A stretch of DNA of 64,000 nt, taken from NCBI GenBank assembly GCA_903813345.2, contig CAIIXF020000001.1:10974001-11038000 (forward strand), written 5' to 3'. The stretch's first letter is position 1, and each line of letters starts with the position of its first letter. Under the pieces are notes generated by a model. The model did not search any database and had not been told where the DNA came from. It saw only the letters and a program-made list of their open reading frames with translations. The translations under genes were made by a program, and so were the position numbers. Below are positions 55,101 to 64,000 of this stretch, in pieces. This DNA is from Owenia fusiformis (taxonomy: Eukaryota).

Positions 55101-56389
55101 TTAAAGGCAGAATCAGATCTATGGGGGTGACAAAATTACAAGCAACGTGTACAATTGACCTACCAATCTATTCCTTACAATCTCAAATACAATATCTCCC
55201 AAAAGATTCACGATATGTTATAGATTGGTGAAGTTATAATGGATTCAAAGTACATAAATGGGTGAAAAATGTTTAAATTCTCCCAAATAATAAGAATGGT
55301 AACCATCTTATAGAAAAGTAATTACACGTCGCACGAAACTGGGGACAATTAGAGTAACATTATGGCGTCAAAATACCAAAACAATACAATGGGCAGTATA
55401 GGGCGCAATCAGCATTATAACGTCAAAAACGACAAGCGTTACATTTTGTCAAGTTTAGTCAACCTTAAAATAAGATGCTTTATTCTTATCCAATCCTGGT
55501 AAAATTCACAGAGCAACAAGATCTCGAGGACAATATTTCTAAAATGTTTTTGATTTTTGAAAAACGGTCAGGAAATCCACTCGGGGCGTTAGTAAAAATT
55601 GATGTGTATTGGATTTGTGGTAAAAAATCGATGCGTTACATTTTTTCAAGTCTCTAAAAGCAACTCTTATTCTCTTATTATTTGAAAAATAAAGAAATCG
55701 GTTATTGTTTTGTAAATTTCGCCATGACAATATTGTGCAGTTAAATTTTTTTTGAAATCAGACCTAAATTAGAAGGTTAAATAAAGGTAAACTTATTGCT
55801 TGTCTCCTTCGCCTTCAAAACCTTACACAATTTTGAAAATCTTAAAAGCGTTCATATAAGACGATTTGAGCTGTAGCCGCTAGGCAATTGTGACGTCATA
55901 AAAGCACATGTATCAATGAATAAAATGTGAAATTTTAGTATAATTCTGATCAGTATTTCAAAAGTTATCCCGATTTCAACGAACCATGTAAGCGTGAAAT
56001 GTTACGCCTTACAGCGTATTTGACGATGTCGGAGTACATTTAACTTCAAAAATATGGTAGATCCCATCACACTTTTCGAGGAAAAATAATTTCAGTGAAA
56101 TGCGAATAAAAAATACTTCAAAATGATATATAATGCACATAGTTAACTTTTTAAATAAGCCAGATATTAACGCTTAAAGCTGAGATTAGCCCGTATTTCC
56201 CGAATTGTCCCCAGGTCCGTGCACGTCATAAATACATTTTTGTAAAAATCTCGAGTTTTCCTGAAATAAAGTGTGCACTTTGGGTATTTTTAGAAAATAG
56301 ACATGAAAAGGAATGACATGAGCCAGAAATATTCTAAAATTGAAACGATTTTTTGTTAGGCTGCTCGCTTGATCTGATTCTCTCTTTAA
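55101..56389. mobile_element. ~1.3-kb non-autonomous TTAA-flanked (Kolobok-like) element
   Basis: TTAA|AGGCAGAATCAGATC ... GATCTGATTCTCTCT|TTAA; internal inverted repeat GCACG..CTGGGGACAATT (55331-55350 / 56203-56222). Confidence 0.8.
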
Positions 56390-58386
56390 CTTTCAATCGC
56401 AGTAAATAACAATATGAAAAATAGATACTAGATATAGTAACACAAATGTTTGAAATGATTATAGCCACATGCTAAGAAGTACAATTTACGAACCTTTTAA
56501 CGTTTGATTAAAAATGAGAAACATATTTCATGAAATAAAACGTTCAGTCCTACATAAGGTTATTCATGTAAATATATGAAACGTAATGGCAACGAATTCT
56601 CCAATTTACCTACCGTATGCCTGTAACTCCTTAATGTTCCAGTCTCGGATCAACTAATTCGGCGAGGAGATTCGAAGCGGGTAATCTGGTGATATTTACG
56701 ATCCAACAGGTCTCAGCAAATTGAAGTAAAGTTCAAGTCCGTAATCAAAGTGTAGGGGTCCATGCATTGTTCCAGGGCTACTCCCTGATGCGCTGTTGGA
56801 AATATGTTCCCTCTTTATGCTCTGTTTGGCAAACCCACATTCAGCAGCTTACGAAAATAAAACCTCTGATCTGTGAACACAATCTGGCTAAGTTAGCTTC
56901 AATTTGTAAGATCGGTCAAAAACAGATCGAAATTTTGGAAAGGATACACCAGATGAAATCGATTGCTTCCTTGATGCCCATGGATCTTGGCTTTATTTTG
57001 AATATTAATTTCAAAACAAGTTCCTCGGGTGCTAGCCATATGCATAAGTATTACTTTGACTGACACATTGATACTTATGATTACTCCAATAGTAAGGCCA
57101 GTAAGCAACCAACTCAAAAAGAATACTTTTACTTAAATGTATTTATGAGGTCATGTGGGCCTTACTTTTGTTTTTTTTTATATTTGCCCTCCCTTCTGGT
57201 AAACGTCAGTTGTTACATAAAGTAAAAAATGAATGGTTAGTAAAATCCGCTGTCAGACATATTCGTACGGAAATAAGATGCATTGAAAATATCGCTTGTC
57301 AGACTTTCAAACAAAACACACCTGGCCAGTCAGTTAATTAGATAAATTAATAGAAAATTAAGAGCGACTTTTTAAAATCTGTAATACCGCTTTAAAGATG
57401 CGTAATGATTCAGGCTGCAGCGGAATATGTAACCGATTGATCGTTACACGTAATATTGACTTGATAATTAGTTACTGGTCTCTTTGAAATCAGGATCTGA
57501 TACAGGGTGAAGCTTTTTTTTCCAAGTCTGATCTCTTTAACCAAGTCCAAAGAGCCTTGGAACAACCTCATGGTGAGAGATCACAGCCGTCAGTACCTGG
57601 TTAAAATAGACTAAGAGTACGTGAGGAAAAGCTAAGTTTTAAAATGTATTCAGTGAATTATTTGACGATCAGAAAATCTTAACGTTTAATTTAATTAATC
57701 ATCATTTTTACAATTAATTGAATGATGACAAAGTTATTTTCAAACTTTGCACGGGGCCTTTATTGTATATCAGACATGATTGTATCATGGTGCACTGTCT
57801 GCACTGCTTCTGGCCTTTTCACGTCCCAGACTGATCAAGTTCATTAACTTATCCTCTTAGGGTGTTTGTATACATATGTTCTCATCATTGGGTTGATTTC
57901 GCGTAATGTCTACCAAGACGTTTGTTTGTTTATAATCTCGTTTATTTTGATCATTTCTGACTAAATATTTGAAACACTGCGTTTCCCCCATTCCCATGCT
58001 CGGAAAATTGATATTTTTATCTTTTCTGTTTTATTTTCTTTGGATTTGATCCACAAGATAGTGAAGCTCCCTTTGAGGCTGGTACTCCTATATCTGTATT
58101 TTGGGAATTGAATGTTGGCGATTTTATCATTAATTAGAAGGTAAATAATCAGCTAGGCGCCCACGTGTATTGCTTGACAAAACTGACCATTATGTGCTTC
58201 TTGGCATTAGAAAACCCCAAAAGAAAATGTTCTTCGACTTCGGACAGTCTAGCGAAGATGAATCTATCTATACACTAGTAGAGTATGAATCCGAACACAC
58301 AGAGAAGATGTTAGATACTTTTCCGGCACCAATGACGCTAATGATTTAGACATCATATAATATACAACTCCAGATTTAACAGATCG

Positions 58387-58598
58387 CTTGGTGGATCCGG
58401 AACCCAAAATGAGGCCCAAATCTTTGGGAACAAGGAGCTCATTTTGGTTTCACGATTTTATAACAAGGATCTGGTGAGGTGGGTCTGATAAGGCCAAATC
58501 TGCAAGTAACTTTGTAATAAAAATAATGAGAAAAGCGCTTCTGGATTTTCAAAAATATTCGCTGCTTCCCATATTCCAGATTTCCAGATCCGCCCCTG
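58387..58598. mobile_element. Small MITE of the CAGGGGCGGATC type
   Basis: GGTGGATCCGGA (58390-58401) versus TCCAGATCCGCCCCTG ending at 58598. Confidence 0.6.
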
Positions 58599-59459
58599 TA
58601 CACCTATCTCGTATACTGACAGGTAGACTTGAGTTTTAGTGATTTGATCCAGTTTGAGTAGAGCATGAAAGATACTTTCTGACAAGCCGTCTTGTTTTAC
58701 TTCATATATCGATGAACGATTGCGGGCCTTTACCAGATGTTAACAGTGGTAAAACGCCATCGAAGACATGCTTTTCAGGCAATTCCATGAGATCAAAAAT
58801 CTTAGATTGTATATGTGTATCTCATTCGCACCTCCGGCGACGTTACAGTGTATAGCGATGTCAATGCCAATGTCGATTCTTTAAAATCAAACTTTAACTA
58901 ACTGTGAGCAAAAATAGAATCTAAAAGAGGCAAGGTTCAGTTGAGAATGAGAAATGAGAACCCGATCGGCAAAGTTTTGGTACACTGTTATAAATTAGCC
59001 CGTTTCTGTTGTTCATATGTTTGGTATATAAAGGATCTAGTGCACCCTCCATTATGATCTCCCCATGAACAAAAATAAATCATCTGATTTTTCAAAATTA
59101 ATATACTGCTTTTATTATTACATTTATATGTACACTAGTATCTTGTTGAACTATATTCAGCACTGTATTGATGAATGGGCCATTTTATATTAGGGCCAAT
59201 ATTCAATCATAAAGTGCACAGGGGAAGAGATGCCAAACCAGGAAGTATTTTTTGTGCCTGTCAAAATCCATTTGCATCCTACACATCCCTACATCTTAAT
59301 CCAAATAGGTTATTAATTTATTTAACATAAAAGTATAATCTGTGGATTTACAAAGTTGTATGGGATTTCATAAGTGTAAAAGTTGCTTTTGAAGCATTTT
59401 TTTCTATATCCATTTTGTAGGGAAAAATGATGAAAAATGTATAATCTTTTAATTTGAAG

Positions 59460-59562
59460 TATGACCTGAATCGATTGCAAACTTTATATTTGCACATCTG
59501 ATGTGATATACCATTTGTGTCATATTGTGAAATTATTTAATTTGCAATCGATTCGGGTCATA
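59460..59562. repeat. 103-bp inverted-repeat unit (mini-MITE or internal hairpin)
   Basis: TATGACCTGAATCGATTGCAAA versus TTTGCAATCGATTCGGGTCATA, one mismatch in 22. Confidence 0.8.
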
Positions 59563-59744
59563 GTGTATTTTAGGGATTTTTGTGAAAATCAATAGAAACC
59601 AATGGCCTCCAATGGAATCTGATGGTATTCACATGTTAAGTCAAAGAACACATCCAATGTCAAGTCAATACACCCTTGCTGAACTTAATGACCTCAACCT
59701 CAGTCCATGTGGGTCCAAACGCTTAAATATTTTCCAAAGTATTA

Positions 59745-60988
59745 TCACGGTGTTATAGCATGACGGTTACGACACCTCTGAAAACGAGGTTGGACGGCTA
59801 CGTTCAATGATTCATCCAATAAAATGGCCGCGATGGAAGAGAAAACTAAGGTTGGTGCATCATTTTCTGCTACAGTGTATCAATGAAAGCATGAACGATT
59901 TATGTAAGCATCGCATTCAGTAATGTATATTTTGAACGTAGTCTTTGCAAATTGATGCCCGGGGATAACATGAAATAAGAGAAAAACTGTCGAGTTTGAA
60001 ATTCAAAACTACAAAAAAAATTGTAATTTGTTTATTTTTGTTAGGGCATGGCCTACATTGCCTAAAAACCTTGTGGTATATAGATGTAACCTACATACGA
60101 TCATACAAAGCCAATTGAGCATTGGAAACCACCTAATATGTTTGAATTTGCGATAACGTAAAAAATTGATGAACAGTTACGCGAAACCTGATTCAAATAT
60201 GAAACCCCGATTCATTGTTGTTAATTTTGTCATCTTCATCATAACGTGATCCTAAATCTTCTTTTGCCTCTTCATTGATATATTTTACACTTTCATCGGT
60301 TTCATAAATAAAGCAAGCGACAGTTTTTCCTTGCCTTATAGAGGCTGAAACAAGAGCGTCTCTTGCGAGTCCTGAAAACAAATATAGGAAATTCAATATT
60401 CCATTTCTTACCCATTATAACAATAACATGAATAGAGGCTATCAGATTTAGCAACTTTGACTTGACAGATGTACATGCACGTAACCGTCTGCTTAATATC
60501 TAATGTACAACTAATACAATACGTTACCGTCCATAGAATTCGATAGAACTCATACGCAGTCGTCTAACGACATTGCATTTGAAACCTTATTATTTACGAT
60601 ATACACCACGTTCCTGTTCTGGATTTGTCATTTTATGCCTTGTTTATACACAGTTTACTTACAGTCATTATTTTGAGTGGCTCTGAGGCACATGTACTGA
60701 GAAAACACGAGAATGGACCAAAAATTATAAACTTGGATATCTCAGTCGGTAGGTTTACAGCTTATATTCTGTTTCTTGTAGAATACCTGGCAGATTTGAC
60801 CCAGTCTTTATAACCATCCATATATACGTCACCGAATGGAACTAGTTTAAAAGGAAATTTTATCTGTGAATATTGCCTACAGGCGAGAAAGAGGACATGC
60901 TGCCTCTCCCATCCGCCATTTTTTGTTATCGTTACCGCAAAATTTTGCAAATTCGCCTTGACATAACCGTCATGCTATAACACCGTGA
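59745..60988. mobile_element. ~1.24-kb nested TIR element with gene remnants
   Basis: TCACGGTGTTATAGCATGACGGTTA at the left and its exact reverse complement at the right; flanked by TTA/TTA (alternatively AT|CAC...GTG|AT). Confidence 0.85.
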
Positions 60989-62459
60989 TTATGTGACATT
61001 GTATTCTTTATGTTACACCTAAAAATGATTCATTTTGTTCATGGGGAAATCACAATGGAAAGTGCACTAGATCCTTTAACACCTCTCGGTTTTCTGCAAG
61101 TTAAAATAGTAAGTTCTCTGATTAGTGCCATCTAGCGTCAAAAGAAGTTCAATTTGCACCTTTTTGCTACTGTTTGTGATTTCTACCAGGAATTCGACTG
61201 AAGAAAGTATTGCCGAGCTAAGGCGAAATTCTTCGGGATTTTCTCAAAATGGTCCCCCGTGATTTCAGGCTTTGAATCACGGTCAGCTAGTTTGTGGTTA
61301 TAATTTTGCGCTATCCCAAATCATGATCTATACCATATTAGATCATGTTTTGGGCCCGTTTTGGGCTTGCCCCAAATCATAACTGCATCCCGGGAACTGC
61401 ATACTGACTTTGCTTTAAATAGCCATGCTACACTTTCCTTCAAATCAAAATACATGCCAGATACCATAATATACATAATCACAAAATAGAATTCCCTTGC
61501 TCACTAATTACCAATTATTCAGAATATGCGCGTTGACAGTAAATTAATAAAGACGGACACAAGAGGTTTCAAATGTCTTATTGAAGGTCGTTGCTTGTGC
61601 TTGACAATATTTATGGTAATCGTTTAGTGAATTGTCTAAATTTCTCGGTTTCTGGTACTATGTTTTTCTGTTTAAGATTTGAAGCACGACCTTTGAAGCA
61701 GATGGTACTGAATTTAACGAAATAACTATCATCCCCTCATTGATTTCTCTGAATACTTATTTTTGAGCAATGACTAGACTGGCTCTTGGTCTTTATTTTT
61801 TAAACCTTGATTGCAAAGTCTAAATAAGGGAAAGCCTGGGCGCCATCCTATCAGGCATGACGTACTCACATACATTCCGTGTTTTAATCATTTTTGTTGA
61901 ATCATTAGTATACGGGTGGGAAAGCACGATTTAAAGGACCCGTGGAAAGCTTGGAAATATTTTCTATTAGTCATATATATTACTTCTAATTTTAAAGTTG
62001 TTATAGATAATTTTAGAAAACAATTGACTTTGAAAAACATTTCCGAGTTTGGCCCAATGATGTTTTCATTTTTTGAATATTTCCGTCAATGTTTAATTTT
62101 GTTTTGAAGTAACCTTAACTAAGTGACATAGTCTTTTCTCCCTTGGGAACAATAAACCCATATTTTTGTAGAACATTTTTTATTTAAATTGTAGACATAA
62201 GCCAAATGCCTCGGTACTTTATCCGTTATGAAACTAATTTGTGGCGGCGTTATATCCATAAAAATAATACCATCAAGGAAAAATATATTCAATGATCACG
62301 ACTATATTTGGTTTTATTTCCGCGGACATTTAAATACAAAATACACGTATATGTACGTGTCAATTCTATACATGTAAGTTTCAGTTGCAAAGATAGGCGC
62401 TAATTAGAGGAAGAACCACTAATTAGTACTTAGTACACATGGCTCTAGAATACCGTTAA

Positions 62460-62599
62460 TGCCTGGGTCACATTTGCTCCGATCCATCGGCCGGCGCCCG
62501 GCCGATTGAGTGTTTTGTTCAATATCGTATTCAATTTTGAACAAAATACTCAATCGCCCGGGCGCCGGAGTGAAAATCGGAGCAAATGTGACCAAGGCA
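62460..62599. mobile_element. 140-bp almost fully palindromic PIF/Harbinger-type MITE
   Basis: TAA|TGCCTGGGTCACATTTGCTCCGAT...ATCGGAGCAAATGTGACCAAGGCA|TAA; 3-bp TAA target duplication; GC-rich inner stem. Confidence 0.9.
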
Positions 62600-64000
62600 T
62601 AAGTATCCAAGTCAGTTTGTTCTTGTTTGATAAGATTACGACGTACCTGTTCTATTAGGTAATCAGATGAGAGGCACTTTAACTCTTGTCTCTGTTGAAA
62701 TAATCAACAGCTCCTAGGCAAGAAAAAGTAACTTCTTTGATTTAGGTAAATATATCGAAATGTTTTAAAACATCAAACAATCCACTTGATAGAAGGAGTG
62801 GGACTCTACTCTACTTGAAGAAATCAACCCAATGGTTCCTAATCACTCCGTACTGTGTACGTCCGCCGTGCATATGAAGTCATTGGTCTGCACGTATAAA
62901 TCCTACCCTACATTCTGATACTCATAGCATCTTTGGTCATGGTTTTTGTCATGGTTTATCATGATGCCTACCCTACTACAATAATGATTTGTTTTGAAAA
63001 ACTATATCATTTCATATTTATTTGTATTTAGTTAAAAAATTAAATAACGCGAGTTTAAATGCAGAGTTTGTACTTGTCTCTGTGGGAGCCTGACTTGTAA
63101 AATACTGAAAAGTGCCCCCTTTTGCTCCGGTCTTTCCCCTCGTAATTATGTCATGATATTTAAATTAGAATTATGTACACTTTAAAATCGTAAATATTTT
63201 TGGGGCTCTTGGAACATAACCATCTTAATTAAAAATGTATATTTGTCTCGAAGAACGCACGTAACGTATCTAACTACGAATTAAACTCTTGGAAAATGTT
63301 GGATTTAGTGTTAGTGTTTTATGGACATATTAACCCATAATGTATCATCCCTCGACATTTTAAACAATTTAGTTAACTGCTAAAAGATAGTATGTCCTGG
63401 ATCACAACATTATAATAATGTTATTTTAAAGGTCAACAGTCTAGCTACAAGCCCATGTGACCCCCTCCCACTATCAGACTACATACCTTCTCACACACTC
63501 ATTGGGTCCTAGTAATCAGTGGCTAGGCACAGGTGCTGCCCTCTGTAGGTAGGTATATAGTGGGGATGACAAGGGCCTGTAGCTAGACTAAGAGGTAAAA
63601 TGCATGTTCATGGTATTTTAGATCATTTTGGATGGAAAACACAATCCCATCTCTAATATTTGTTTTTATAATTCTAAGATTGTACGTTGCACCATCCTAG
63701 GTTGAGCTAGGTTGCACTTGGAGATGATTAAATTCCAATCTCATCTGGTTTAAACATAGATACAAGTGGACTCATATGGCCTGCTGCGATGACAAGAAAC
63801 ATCGAGGCGATGAACCACTGGAAGCATGATAAAATGACTATAAGCTACCTGAAACACAAGTTGCAAAGCTGAAAGCTTACGTGGAAATCTTACTTCAACA
63901 TCTTATAAATAAGAAACATAAAATCTAGGTATCCATCTTTAGTATGTAGCCGGAATCGATGAACTGGGTGGTTTCTTCCTCCTAGCAGCGCATGAAATAG

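Larger units (their letters stand above)
59028..61079. mobile_element. ~2.05-kb Kolobok-like element with ~50-bp TIRs, containing nested insertions
   Basis: ATAA|AGGATCTAGTGCACCCTCCATTATGATCTCCCCATGAACAAAA versus reverse complement of 61025-61079 TTAA|AGGATCTAGTGCACTTTCCATTGTGATTTCCCCATGAACAAAA. Confidence 0.85.

Noticed and set aside
4877..60919. Alternative genetic code (TAA/TAG read as Gln), suggested by several relic frames broken mostly by TAA/TAG
   Set aside because: Other relic frames contain in-frame TGA and frameshifts, and C-to-T decay in AT-rich DNA explains the TAA/TAG excess.
61124..61140. CTCF-like motif TGCCATCTAGCG
   Set aside because: It is a single imperfect motif with no supporting context.
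820..62610. The supplied 60-106 aa ORFs as genes
   Set aside because: They are short, often start at TTG/GTG, have AT-driven composition and no recognisable domains. Only 33316..33546 (Tc1 relic) and 60193..60396 (TE exon relic) overlap coding remnants I can support.
63760..63930. Coding exon at the right window edge
   Set aside because: The frames examined on both strands are short or interrupted by stops and no homology was recognised; sequence beyond the window would be needed.

Overview
AT-rich eukaryotic (animal) genomic DNA. The repeat types (Helentron-associated HINE/pearl-like elements, TTAA-flanked Kolobok-like MITEs, frequent TACATGTA) suggest a marine invertebrate, probably a mollusc; this is an inference. 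I could not support any intact protein-coding gene, tRNA/rRNA gene or CRISPR array, and the supplied ORFs are mostly chance or repeat-derived. The window holds many non-autonomous DNA transposons, a decayed Tc1/mariner transposase, a possible Academ-like relic, several tandem repeats and two exact local duplications. A CpG-containing promoter-like patch lies at ~5.0-5.35 kb. CpG is scarce up to ~51.7 kb and much commoner afterwards. The most notable observations are a nested TIR element (59.0-61.1 kb) with convergent gene-start remnants, paired evidence that TACATGTA arises by a 6-bp gain at TA, a foldback element with CpG loss in one arm only, and a dispersed ancient paralogous segment. All comparisons were made by eye.
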